Source: an uncultured Planctomycetota bacterium (GTDB taxonomy: Bacteria; Planctomycetota; Planctomycetia; Gemmatales; Gemmataceae). Taken from it: 64,000 nucleotides of DNA. Position numbers and translations under genes: made by a program. Numbering within the stretch: position 1 is the stretch's first letter; every line of letters starts with the position of its first letter. Shown here in pieces: positions 26,541 through 36,308 of this stretch. The notes under the pieces were generated by a model that saw only the letters and a program-made list of their open reading frames with translations, made no database searches and was not told the origin of the DNA. The stretch spans positions 1-64,000 of the forward strand of contig CAWKHF010000006.1 in assembly GCA_963849325.1 (NCBI GenBank), read 5' to 3'.

Positions 26541-26567
26541 GGGTGCGTTCCTGAGCGGGCAATCTCC

Positions 26568-26642
26568 TCCGAGCCTGAAGCGTAAGCGAAGAGCGCGATA
26601 ACCTTCGGTTATCGTTCTCTTCGCTTACGCTTCAGGCTCGGA
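26568..26642. repeat. REP-like palindrome family C (gagcctgaagcgtaagcgaag...)
   Basis: Hairpin; second copy at 39486-39531. Confidence 0.85.
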
Positions 26643-26648
26643 CACCAA

Positions 26649-27231
26649 TCACGACACGAGCGCTTTGCACTTCAACCCTTCCTCCTGGAAGCGCTGAAGC
26701 AGCTCGATCTGCGTCGCTTCGTCGGTACACTCGACGAGGATGAGGAACTGTTCGGGAATGTCTTCGGACTTGTCGCGCGGCGAACAAGCGGCGGTGAGCG
26801 CTTCCTCGACGGCGGCGTTGGCCCCGGCGATTGACGCCCACAGGTTGGCGACCGCGTCGGAGTCGGTGCGCGTCAAGGCTCCGCAGGCGATCCAGGGCGG
26901 CGTGGTCGTAGTCGGCCAGCTGGGCCAGCGGATCGAGCGACAGCAGCAAGGCGCGGGCCTCGGCGTCATCCACGTCCAGCACCTCAACCTCCACTTCCAG
27001 GTCGGGAGCGACATCCTGGCGCAGATGGCCGTCGATGAGCTTTAAGCGTCCGTCGGGCAACTCGTAGGCCAGCAGCGAGCGAGCGAAGCCGATCTCCGCG
27101 TATAGTGCGGCCAGCGCCGCTCGCTGCGCCTCGCTGTGCCGGCGCGGGTTCATCTCGTGCGGCACCAGGTCGCCGGCCCGCACGCGGACATGGGCCTTGA
27201 TGCGGTTGCGGATGGGTGTATCGGGATTCAT
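26649..27231 (-). CDS. ParB/Srx N-terminal domain protein (frameshift near 26878)
   Basis: DLVPHEMNPRRH, EIGFARSLL and LIDGHLR motifs; C-terminal ILVECTDEATQ.ELLQRFQEEGLKCKAL. Confidence 0.8.
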
Positions 27232-27232
27232 G

Positions 27233-27487
27233 TTATTTCGCGGCGATGGCCGCTCCCTTGATGTCGTCGATGGCCTGTTTGACCGCCGCTTCCACGGCGG
27301 ACTTGACGATCTGATCGATGTCGGCCTTGAGCGTCGCCATCAACGGGACGTGGCCGGACGTGGGTCCGGTTGCCGGGACAGGCTTGACGGCGCCCGGCAC
27401 CTTGACGCCGGCCCCGACGCCCAGGTGGCGCAGCAGCCAGCCTCCGAACGCCACGGCGGCATAAACGAGCAGGGATTCCAGGTTCAT
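27233..27487 (-). CDS. Small membrane protein (holin-like possibility)
   Basis: 84 aa with N-terminal TM segment; start overlaps the upstream stop. Confidence 0.55.
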   Translation of the reverse strand: MNLESLLVYAAVAFGGWLLRHLGVGAGVKVPGAVKPVPATGPTSGHVPLMATLKADIDQIVKSAVEAAVKQAIDDIKGAAIAAK

Positions 27488-28337
27488 TTGTCATCGCCTT
27501 TCCACAAGAGGAGGACCAGGAGGATCGCGCCGCCGACCCACAGCCACGGCGGAACGCCGGCGAGGCTCCGGTTCAGATCCGGGTCTTTTTCGGGTCGATA
27601 CGCGGGGTCGGCCCGGCGCAGCACTTCGGCCAGGGCTTCCGGCCCGCGATAGTCGTCTTGCCGGTGCAGCACCTTGCCGTCCGGCGCTTGACAGTAGAGA
27701 GTCGGGTTGCCGTCGCACTGGAAACCGGCGTCGCGCACGGCCCAGTGATCCGGCGGATAATCCTGCACCTTGATCTTGTCTTTCCAGGCCGCCAGCGCCG
27801 ACGCCGACGCCAGGTCGTTGACCACTTGTTTCCGCGCGGCTTCCGGGCCAATCACGGTCAGACACAGCCACTGGCTGTCGTTGGGCAGCGGAGGTTTGCC
27901 GATGGCTTGCAGGATTTCCGCCTTGCTGACCTCCTTGCCGTTGAGGAGGTGCTTGCCGGCCGAGGGCATTTTGGACAGGTCGAGTCCGAAATTAAGGGTG
28001 CCGTCCGGCTCGACTCGTGCCCGCCGACAGCAGACAGCGGCAACCCGGACAACAAGGTTTGCCCTGTGAGCACGCGCAGGCGTCGCCGCATGTACAGCCA
28101 TCGCAACAGCGGCAGGGCGGTGGACAGGCCGGCTCGCACGGCTCGCCCCAGGCACCGGGAGCCAGCAGCGGATGATAGACGCGGGTGGAGAAACGGTAAT
28201 TGCCGAGCTGGCGGCCATCGCTGCCACAGCGACACCTGGTCCGTATCGTCGGCGAAGGACCGCCATTCGTAGTCGGCGCGAAGCACGCCAGCCAGGAGAA
28301 GTCCGGCGAGGGAAGCGGAGAACAATAATTTCAACAT
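27484..28337 (-). CDS. Secreted, C-terminally membrane-anchored protein with Cys-rich segment (frameshifted)
   Basis: Signal peptide MLKLLFSASLAGLLLAG; Cys-rich stretch at about 28030-28150; C-terminal TM WLWVGGAILLVLLLW. Confidence 0.6.
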
Positions 28338-28345
28338 GGCGCACC

Positions 28346-29125
28346 TCAATTGTGGGGTGGAGGCGGGGGCGGCGATTTCAAGAGGCACACGACCCAACCT
28401 CCGCCGCCGCCCTTCCAGCGCTGGAGAAATTCATCCGAACTCATCCACACCAGTCGGCCATCGTCGGGAAAATTGTTATCGCAGACACACAGCCCAATCG
28501 GACTTCGCGATCGAAAAGGGGCAGGCAGACCATGTGGGCGATAATGCCGCCGTAATGGCAATCGCGGCCGTCGTAGGTGACGCAGGGCATGCGGCCGGTT
28601 CTGAAGGATGGCTTCCAGGATGTCGGGATCTCCCGACGTGTCCTGCAAGTACGGCACGCCGGGGGCGAAGCGGGCCAGCACCTGCTCGACCTTGTGCGGG
28701 TAGCCGCCGCCCTCGATGCCGGCCTGGACCAGCTGTTCGGGCAGGTCGTACAGCTCGTGTACCTGCTGCCAACGCGCGGCGTAGTCGATGCTGCGAAAGA
28801 CGCAGCAGCCCAGCCCCTTGCTGGCGATGTTCTTCTTGCGCTGGGAGGCGGGCAAATCGCAAACGATCTCCACGGCGCCATCCGGAGAGACGCGGCCGCC
28901 CTCGACCGGCCGAACGCCGATCTCCTTGTCTTCCAGCGGACAGGGGCCGGGTCCGGGACAGGGACGACGGGGCTTTTTCGGCCTGGGTTCATCGGGTTTT
29001 TTCGGTTCCGGTTTCGCCGGCGGCGGCGAAGGCGGCGGAGCGGGTTGGCGACGTTCGTGCCGGTCGAAATACCACCACAACAGCGCTCCGCCGATCAGCA
29101 GGGCGAGCAAGACACGATGTTTCAT
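28346..29125 (-). CDS. Membrane-anchored papain-like (C39-like) cysteine peptidase (frameshifted)
   Basis: N-terminal TM segment and Pro-rich linker; GLGCCVFRS, AHMVCL and CDNNFP give a Cys-His-Asp order. Confidence 0.55.
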   Translation of the reverse strand: MKHRVLLALLIGGALLWWYFDRHERRQPAPPPSPPPAKPEPKKPDEPRPKKPRRPCPGPGPCPLEDKEIGVRPVEGGRVSPDGAVEIVCDLPASQRKKNIASKGLGCCVFRSIDYAARWQQVHELYDLPEQLVQAGIEGGGYPHKVEQVLARFAPGVPYLQDTSGDPDILEAILQNRPHALRHLRRPRLPLRRHYRPHGLPAPFRSRSPIGLCVCDNNFPDDGRLVWMSSDEFLQRWKGGGGGWVVCLLKSPPPPPPHN

Positions 29126-29128
29126 GGT

Positions 29129-29389
29129 TCACTCCTTCACGGTTGCGGGAACGACGGCAGAGGAGGGAGGGGCAGCAGACGGAGGGAGCGCTTGCTCCAC
29201 CTGCTGAAGGACGGCGTTGCCGAGGGCCACCGCGCCGCTCGTCACGCTGCCCAGGTGGGCCTGGATTTCCGTGACGATCAATTGCCGCAGGTCTTCCAGC
29301 AGGGGATGCTTGGTTGACGGTGTGTAGAGCAGATGGCCGATCTTTGCCAGGCCGGCCTTCGCTTCCGCTTCCAGGGATGCCAGGTTCAC
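29129..29389 (-). CDS. Hypothetical protein
   Basis: Operon-coupled ORF (VNLASLEAEAK...). Confidence 0.5.
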   Translation of the reverse strand: MNLASLEAEAKAGLAKIGHLLYTPSTKHPLLEDLRQLIVTEIQAHLGSVTSGAVALGNAVLQQVEQALPPSAAPPSSAVVPATVKE

Positions 29390-29589
29390 GACTTCCCTCC
29401 TTCTCGAAAAAGGTGCTTGACGGTCAGGGCGACAACACAAGCCAGCAAGAGGACGCCGCCGGCGGCGATGCCCTGGCGGTCGGCGTGCAGGTCTTGCATC
29501 AGACGGATGGCCGGCTCGGGCAGGATGATTTCGACCTTCATCTCGCCCTTGAGCGGCTGCGGAATCAATTCATGGCGTTCCAGGGGCAT
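29386..29589 (-). CDS. Small single-TM protein
   Basis: GIAAGGVLLLACVVALTV TM segment; tight coupling to neighbours. Confidence 0.55.
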   Translation of the reverse strand: MPLERHELIPQPLKGEMKVEIILPEPAIRLMQDLHADRQGIAAGGVLLLACVVALTVKHLFREGGKS

Positions 29590-29592
29590 GGC

Positions 29593-29772
29593 TCACTCCC
29601 GGCGAAAGAGGACGAAGAGGACGGAGAAAACGGCGACGGCCACGAGCAGGCCGTCCTTGAAGCCGGCCAGGTAGGCCGTCTGCAAGGCGGCCTCGCCGGC
29701 CTTCAGGGCGTCGTGGACCACGACCGGCGGAGCGTGCGGCGCCCACGGCCAAAGCCAGGACCATGTAATCAT
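29593..29772 (-). CDS. Small single-TM protein
   Basis: MITWSWLWPW...LLVAVAVFSVLFVLFRRE. Confidence 0.55.
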   Translation of the reverse strand: MITWSWLWPWAPHAPPVVVHDALKAGEAALQTAYLAGFKDGLLVAVAVFSVLFVLFRRE

Positions 29773-29785
29773 TTTTTCGCTCTCT

Positions 29786-30096
29786 TTAGTCGGTTGAATA
29801 ATCCGCGCAAACCTTGCACTGCTCGATGGTGCAGGTGGTGTGAATCTCACAGCCGCGTAGCCATTTGCCGGGACAAGGACAATCGAGTTTGTTCAGGATC
29901 GGCCCCAGATAGACACAAGGTAGGTTCCTCACCGCGGGCAGCCTCGCCGCCACGGGTTCATGGTCGCGGCAATAACACTGGTGCAGGTGTTGGCATCCAC
30001 GCCCTCCGGGCTGACGATCAGCTTGGGCGACAGACAAAGATAGCGGCCCGGTTTCCGTTCGTGGCCGCGCCAGCGGCACAGGGGTAAGGGTTCCAT
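29786..30096 (-). CDS. Small Cys-rich protein (frameshift near 29978)
   Basis: MEPLPLCRWRG...LCLSPK...CYCRDH...CVYLG...CPCP...CEIHTTC...CKVC. Confidence 0.55.
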
Positions 30097-30100
30097 CTCG

Positions 30101-30249
30101 GAGTCTGTCTTGTAAGCCCCTCTCCCCCGGTACTCCGGGGGAGAGGGGTTGGGGTGAGGGGGTGCGGTTTCCGCGGGTTTCTCGCCCCCTCACCCCCAAC
30201 CCCTCTCCCCCGAGTACGGGGGAGAGGGGCTTGCCGGATACACTCTCAG
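30101..30249. repeat. REP/MITE-like composite hairpin element, family B
   Basis: Near-identical to 59156-59310 (cccctctcccccggtactccgggggagagggg...). Confidence 0.9.
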
Positions 30250-31256
30250 ACCGGGGTTAGAGTGGCCGTGGCCGGGTAGCCGGTGCAGTTGAGGTTCGTC
30301 GGCGTAGTCGCCAGGTTCAGCGTCAAGGGAGTTTGACAATCCCAATTAGTGGTGTCAGCCTGGTAGGTCACGTTATCCACGCCGAAGTCGAGCTGTCCCA
30401 AGATGCCGCCATTGAGAATGCTGAAGGCCACGTCTTCGCCCGGCGGATTGCAGTACAGCGCGGGCTGACTCCTCCAGCTGCAGGTATCGACGTAGGTGAG
30501 GACGGCTCCGTCGAGGTTGCCGCAGTCGGTGCAGCTGACGTTGCCGACGCCGGGCAAGCTGACCTGATATTGATTCGGCACCGTTACACAGTGGCCGCAC
30601 TGCGCTCCGATAACCTGGGTCAGACTGCATGTCGTCGTTAAAAAGCCGGAATTCGTGCCGGGCGTGAAGGTGGCCGAGACGGCATAGCTTCCGGCCGTAT
30701 TCGTGCTCCAGGTACACGCCGCCGTGCGCACATTGGTGTTGTCGGGGTCCAGCTCGGGCAGGTCCACCGTGCAGACGACCGTTCCATCCACCGAGAAACG
30801 GACCGTGCCCCAGGGGGCCGCGCCAAATCCCGGCCGGCCGTCGGTGTTGGTGATGATCGCCGTGAAGGTGATGTTCTCTCCGGGATAGGCCGGGTTGTCG
30901 CTGGAACTCAGGCTGCACTCCGTGTTGCAGTTGCCGCAAGGCTGCGGCGGCGCAATCAGGGTGTAGCCAAACTTCCGATACAGGAAGCGATGCACCCATT
31001 CGCCGGCAAAGGCCCAGACCTGGGCCAGCTCATAGAGCTGCTTGGCCAGCGGTCCTTGCGTGCCCGGATAGAGACAGCACACGCCCGGCACGCCGCCCTG
31101 TCCCCGGTACGCTCCCGGCCCGTGGTCGGCGATCTTCTTGTCCTTCTGGCCGTGGTTGAACTGCACGGCGATCCGGTTGTCACAAGTCAGGAAGACCTTG
31201 TGGACCCAGTTGGAGGGGCTGGAGGGTAGGAAACACGACTTGGCCTTGATTGCCAT
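30246..31256 (-). CDS. KTSC-like domain plus Ig-like domain plus Cys-rich C-terminus
   Basis: SNWV....IAVQF.HG...CLYP....LYE..Q....GEWVHRFLY.KFGY resembles KTSC; LSSSDNPAYPGENITFTA...GTVRFSVDG...AGSYAVSATF resembles a bacterial Ig domain. Confidence 0.6.
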   Translation of the reverse strand: MAIKAKSCFLPSSPSNWVHKVFLTCDNRIAVQFNHGQKDKKIADHGPGAYRGQGGVPGVCCLYPGTQGPLAKQLYELAQVWAFAGEWVHRFLYRKFGYTLIAPPQPCGNCNTECSLSSSDNPAYPGENITFTAIITNTDGRPGFGAAPWGTVRFSVDGTVVCTVDLPELDPDNTNVRTAACTWSTNTAGSYAVSATFTPGTNSGFLTTTCSLTQVIGAQCGHCVTVPNQYQVSLPGVGNVSCTDCGNLDGAVLTYVDTCSWRSQPALYCNPPGEDVAFSILNGGILGQLDFGVDNVTYQADTTNWDCQTPLTLNLATTPTNLNCTGYPATATLTPV

Positions 31257-31260
31257 GGAC

Positions 31261-32236
31261 TCAGCCCTGGTCGTTAGCGATGGAGCGGCGCACGTAGGGA
31301 GCGAGCAAAGCCCGCACGTCGGCCGGCGGCTGCGCTCGCGGACTGAACAGCGCCCCCCAGCCGCTGGCGGTGCCGCCGGCGGACACCTGATGCAACAAGG
31401 CCGGATCGCGCTGCGTCGCAAACCAGGCGTAAGACACCCAGCGAGCGCACGCCTCCTGCACGGCCTCGGGGACAATCGTGTACCCCGCCGTGTACTGGAT
31501 GCGGAAATTGTTGATGCCGACCGGCCAGACCAGGTCTTCGGGGTGCAATAACTCCGGGTCGGTATAAGGGATGGCGCGCAGCAGCCAGCCGCGCGCGTCC
31601 CACTGATAACCCTGCAGCTCGTAGGTGTGCATCTTCAACTCGGCGAAGCAGCCGCGCGCGTTCGCGTAGCCCTGGCTGGTCTGGACGCCCTCGATCTCCA
31701 GGGGATCGCCGTAGGAGGCCGGGACGTACAAATCAGCGGACGGCCACAAGCCGTAATCGCCCGACTGGCCGTACTGCTGGGCCGCATCGCCGACAATCTG
31801 GCCGGACCAGCCGTTGCCCAGGGCGGTGACGGCGTTCATCAGGGCGTTCAGCGTGGGATAGGCCGCCCAGGTGAGCAGCGTCTCGGTGACGGCCGTGCCC
31901 GATGCCATGCGCCGGCATTGCAGCCCCGTGGAGGTCACCTGGACGCGGGCCTGCTGATTCAGGCTCGGTGTTGTTGTTGATCACCTTCGCCACGGTGACG
32001 GGCCGATAGCGCACGCTCTGCACGCTCTGCAGGGGATACTGCCGGAGCAGCAATCTCCGGTCGCCGTTGCCGTTGTACAGTTCGTCGTAGGACGCCGTCA
32101 CGAAGCGGCGCTTGCAATACTTCTCGATGGCGTCCGAGTACGCCGTGATGAGCGCCTGCACGGTCGCATTGCCCGAGGCCAGGCCGTTCAGGTTCAGGTC
32201 CGCCCGCGCTTCGGTGATGAGGTCTTTCGCGGCCAT
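31261..32236 (-). CDS. Phage head-tail connector/adaptor (HK97 gp6-like) with large insertion (frameshift near 31965)
   Basis: LITAYSDAIEKYCKRRF, LRQYPLQSVQSV, IQYTAGY..VPEAVQEA and PADVRALLAPY. Confidence 0.75.
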
Positions 32237-32257
32237 TGTCCGTCTCCGTACACAGGG

Positions 32258-33046
32258 TCAGGGCGTTCCCCATCGGCTGCGGGCGTAGGCGAGCCATGCA
32301 GACAATTGCCAGGCCGGCAAGGGGTAATTGCAAACCACGACCTCGCCGATGTCGCCGGCGTAGAAGTCCGCCCCGCCGCGCGAACCCACTTCGAGGACGT
32401 TGGAGGGATAACTCGCCAGGCTGCTCGTGTCCGGGCTGGTCACCGTCCCGGCCCCGTCCACGTCGAGGCTGCTGGCCTGGGCGGACTGGTCGAACTGGGC
32501 GTGGTAGCAGTGCCAGCCCGAACTGGCCGAGCCAAAATCGAGTGTTCCCACTCCATCATCGATTAACCATTCGGGGGTGACTCCGCTGCTGTTACAGCGA
32601 AATTCTCGTTTGACTTCGTGGGTGACCACGATCATCCCAAAGGCATCCGCCGCGCTCCGGCTGGTGACAACGAGAATGGTTTGACCCGTCTCGCCGCTGA
32701 ATCCTTGAGGCGACGCCTGGCTCAGCCAGGTAGATGTCCCATCGAAGCGCACCACGTTTTGTCCATTCTGGATCGCTCGTTTGAGTGCGGGGCGGTCGGC
32801 GCTCGTGGTCTGCGTGACGTGGTTGCCGTGACCGGATTGGTCTTGCCACAAGCCAATCGGATCGCCGTCGGCCATGGCCGGCGTCGTACCGCCGCTGTCC
32901 TGGTACAGTCCTCGGTCGGCCAAAAGCCAGAGGACGGGTTTCAGCTGCAAGGGAGTGAAGCCGGCGAAGGTCGGACGCAGCCCCGTGTTCGGACTGGCGG
33001 CCCAGGCGGCGTTCCCCGTCATTTCCAGGCGGTGCCTGCTTGCCAT
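32258..33046 (-). CDS. LamG/concanavalin A-like virion fibre or spike protein
   Basis: LWLLAD.GLYQDSGGTTP..DGDPIGLWQDQSG.GNH..Q....RP, VRFDG and GDIGEVVV...AYARSRWG. Confidence 0.65.
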   Translation of the reverse strand: MASRHRLEMTGNAAWAASPNTGLRPTFAGFTPLQLKPVLWLLADRGLYQDSGGTTPAMADGDPIGLWQDQSGHGNHVTQTTSADRPALKRAIQNGQNVVRFDGTSTWLSQASPQGFSGETGQTILVVTSRSAADAFGMIVVTHEVKREFRCNSSGVTPEWLIDDGVGTLDFGSASSGWHCYHAQFDQSAQASSLDVDGAGTVTSPDTSSLASYPSNVLEVGSRGGADFYAGDIGEVVVCNYPLPAWQLSAWLAYARSRWGTP

Positions 33047-33056
33047 GTCGGTCCTC

Positions 33057-33323
33057 TCATTGCACGGAGATCCAGTTGACGTTGCCGGTCGCGGACGCGG
33101 TTTTGGCATAGACCTGGCTGACGTTGCCGCACGGGATGGACAGGGCCTGGCCGGGTTGGAGGACGAAATACTGGTTCGTCGCGTCGCCGACGAGGACGTT
33201 CACGGAGTTGCCGGGATCGTTTTGCACGACCACGGAGCTGCACGGTTGGCTGCCCAGTGCTGCCGCCGTGGTCGTGGCCGCCAGTTGGCCGGCCTTGGGA
33301 TTATCGCCGGAAGAAAGAGACAT
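33057..33323 (-). CDS. Small beta-rich virion protein (possible head-spike base)
   Basis: 88 aa, beta-strand-rich (SVVVQNDP.N..NVLVG...LQPGQALSI); lies between the decoration and fibre genes. Confidence 0.5.
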   Translation of the reverse strand: MSLSSGDNPKAGQLAATTTAAALGSQPCSSVVVQNDPGNSVNVLVGDATNQYFVLQPGQALSIPCGNVSQVYAKTASATGNVNWISVQ

Positions 33324-33346
33324 TTTACACCTCCGTTGCCCTATTC

Positions 33347-33398
33347 GTTTCGCCGCGACGCGCAACGGAGCGCGCTCCGTTGCGCGTCGCGGCGAAAC
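33347..33398. repeat. REP-like palindrome family A inside the capsid cluster
   Basis: Hairpin with a matched G>A / C>T change in both arms relative to the other copies. Confidence 0.88.
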
Positions 33399-33853
33399 TC
33401 AGTTGACCACGGTTTGACTGACCACGCTGGCGTCGTTCTGGCGCTGCCCGGTTTGTGGTCGGCCTCGTCGCCGAAGCCGACGACGGCGATCGGGATGGTC
33501 GGACTGGTGCCGCCCACGGTGCAGACGGCCTGGAGGCGGACATGGCGGGCGCCGCTGTTGAGCTGGTCGGCCCGAATCTCCAGCGTCGCTTGTTTGCTCG
33601 CCGCCGTCACGGTGGCGCTGGGGATGACGGCGTTGTTGGTCCACGTCGTTCCGTCCGGACTGTCCTGGATTTGCAGGGCGGCCGACAGCGTTGGACTGGT
33701 GCCACCGAAAACGCCCGTCTCGAAGAGGAAGAGGGCGCGGTGGAAGACGGACATATCGACCTTGCCACTGGTGACGGTCGCGGTCCCGGTCAGCGTTTGC
33801 GGCGATACGGGCGCCGCGAGGCCCAGGCGCTGCGTGAGTTGTTCGGTATACAT
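33399..33853 (-). CDS. Putative capsid decoration protein (frameshift near 33440)
   Basis: Immediately after MCP; VDMS.F, LQIQDSPDGTTW and RHVRL, Thr/Ala-rich. Confidence 0.6.
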
Positions 33854-33867
33854 GCGGACTCCTGAGT

Positions 33868-33978
33868 AGGGTTTAGGGTTTAGGGTTTAGGGTTTAGGGT
33901 TTAGGGGTTTGGGATACAGGGGACGGGCGCGGCCTGTTGATCTTCACCCTAAACCCTAAACCCTAAACCCTAAACCCT
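33868..33978. repeat. Heptamer tandem (GGGTTTA)n with inverted (TAAACCC)n
   Basis: Directly visible just downstream of the MCP stop. Confidence 0.9.
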
Positions 33979-33979
33979 G

Positions 33980-35295
33980 TCAGTTGAGGGCGACAAACGG
34001 CGAGACCTGCGTCGCTGGAGTCTTGCAGGGTGATGGGTTTTTCGATCCACGGCTGACCGTCCACGCGCTCCAGAGACGCGCCACGTCATCTGGTTCTTGA
34101 GGAAATTCACGTGTTCCGAGGCGGCGATCTCGATCTGCATGCGATCGCCGACGACGTACAGCGACGGATCGAGCAGCATCAGGTCGCCCTTGGTGCCCAG
34201 GGCCGGCAGCTTCTCGCTCGGGAAGGCCGGTCGGCCCAGCAGCGACCACACCGGCGATTTCGTCGCGCCCTGATCGATGCTGATGAAGATGGCCCGGTTG
34301 GCGCCGTCCTTGAGCTGCAACAGCTGCGGCACCACGCTGGGCGAGAACACCCAGATGGCCGTGCTCCACGACGACGGCAGCAGCTTCGACCACATGGTCG
34401 CCACGTCGTTGAAGCTGACCTGGTTGTTGGTGTCGCGCGTCTTGGTCAGCGTCGCTCCGGCCGTGAGCATGCCCTGCGGCTTGCCGGCGCCGTTGCCCTG
34501 CAAGAAGGCGTACTCCTCGAACCAGGCGATCGACTTGGCGAACAGCGTCATCAGGAACTTTTCCAGGCCGAGGATGCTGTCTTGCAGCAGCACGTTGGAG
34601 CTGACGCAGTAGCCGGATAGCTCCCACGCTTTCAGCTCCATCTGCTTGAACTGCGGTTCCGTCTCCTGGCGCGTCTGCGCCTCGGCCGTCCAGTACATCT
34701 GCAAGCCGCCGAAGAATGGTGAGACGCCGGCGCTCTGGGTGGTGGTGATGTCCAGGTAGGGGATTTGCAAGCTGGCCCCGGCCATCGGAATAACGAAGGT
34801 GCGCGGCCGGATGAACGTCATCTCGGCGACGATGCTCATGAGCTGCTCGAACAGCTCCGGCGGCACCGTGTAGCCGCCGCTGACGCCGGACGACTCGGCC
34901 AGCGCCGCCTTCGTCTGCCAGGCGACGAAGTTGCTGCCGTAATGCTTCTCCAGGTAGCGGGCGTCATTGCGAGCGCAGGCCAGCAGCCAGTCGCCGAAGC
35001 ACTTGCCCGGATCGCCGCTGCCGCCGGCGCCGAAGAGGGCCGGCAGGGCGTGCTTGCGGGCCAGACCCTGGGCCTGGCCGAATTGTTTCAGCGCCTCGTT
35101 GACGATGGTGTCCAGGCCGCGCGTGAAGCCGGACAGGGTGCTCTCCATCGCCTTGGTCACCAGCGGGGCGATCGGATCGTCGCTGACGGCCTTGGCGATG
35201 CCGGTGGCGATCAGCTGCCGGCCCTCGGCCTCGCCGAGATGGATGCGTTCGCCGGCCTTCTTGCCGAGGAAGTCTTTCAGTAGTTCGACAAACAT
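33980..35295 (-). CDS. HK97-type major capsid protein (frameshift near 34072)
   Basis: GGYTVP, WTAEAQ, SSNVLLQDS, AFLQGNGAGKPQG, LLGRP and DPSLYVVGDR...SEHVNF; ends SPFVAL. Confidence 0.93.
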
Positions 35296-35434
35296 GGGGG
35301 ATGCTCTCGGAGGTCCACGGATGGGAGGAGGGATCACGAAATCATCCGTCCATCTCGGAGGGGGACCGGCTGAACGCTTGGCGTCGTCCTCCGCCGGCCC
35401 GCCCGGACGGCTTCGATGAGGCAGGAATTGTATC

Positions 35435-36296
35435 TTACACCCGGCCAATCGATTTGTACCAGGTCTCTTTTATCGCTTTTTGGGCTAATGCCGGAAAGTC
35501 GATGGCAGCGATCCGGCGGAGAACGTCATTCTCGATCTCGCTCAGCGACGTGAACGGGAGGATGCGCTCGTGGGCGCCGCCGTCGCCGTCGCCGAACAGT
35601 TGTTTGTTCAGTCCCAGTGCCGTCAGCACGTCGTCGCTGAGTTCCAGGCTGCCCTTGGCGACGCTTTCGACCAGGGCGTCCTGATTGGCCGGCAGGAAGA
35701 CGCAGGCGTATTCGAGCAGCAGCCATTCGTCGATGACCAACCCGACGGCGTTGCCCCAGCCGTTCTTGTGTACTTCCTTGCTGTCGGGGACGTGCGCCTT
35801 GACCGGCAGAAAGCCGATGGACTTGCCTTGCAGCAATCCAGCCTGAATGAGAGCGAACACCTGGTCGGACGGCCACGGGTCTTGCGCCGGCCACGTCTGG
35901 GGCCGCGCGGGGTAGACGGTCTTGGCCTTGACGCCGACGCGGGCGCCGTCTTTGACGCGCTTGCGCCACAGCGATTTGCCCACCGGCGGCAGAGAGTAGG
36001 CATGGCCGAGCGTGACGATGGGGTTGGCCTGGAACTGCGCATCGTTCATGCCCCTGGCGAGGACCACTTCGCCGGTGCGGTCGGGGCTTTCGCTGCTGAT
36101 CCAGCTCGACGTCGCTGCGTTCGCCGGGGTTGATCTCCGTCGCCGCCTTGGTGGTGACGAGATGGCGATACTCGTACTCCGGCGTGCGCGGCAGCGTCTT
36201 GAGCAGCGTGTCGAGTGCATGGGCGGCGCGGTCGAGCATGGGGAAGCCGAGCGGCCCCTCGACCGGGCCGTAGTGCGAGGTGAGGAAATCGGGCAT
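35435..36296 (-). CDS. HK97-type prohead protease (frameshift near 36105)
   Basis: DRTGEVV, NPIVTLGH, PVGK, GKSIGF and LLEY.CV.LPAN. Confidence 0.85.
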
Positions 36297-36308
36297 GATG
36301 AGCAAACC

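Noticed and set aside
33868-33978. (TTTAGGG)n identical to the plant telomere repeat
   Set aside because: It is short, intergenic, has an inverted partner and shares the architecture of the other heptamer hairpins. There is no sign of eukaryotic contamination or a telomere.
33980-35295. Encapsulin nanocompartment
   Set aside because: The capsid gene comes with portal, terminase, protease and adaptor, which indicates a DNA-packaging head rather than an encapsulin.
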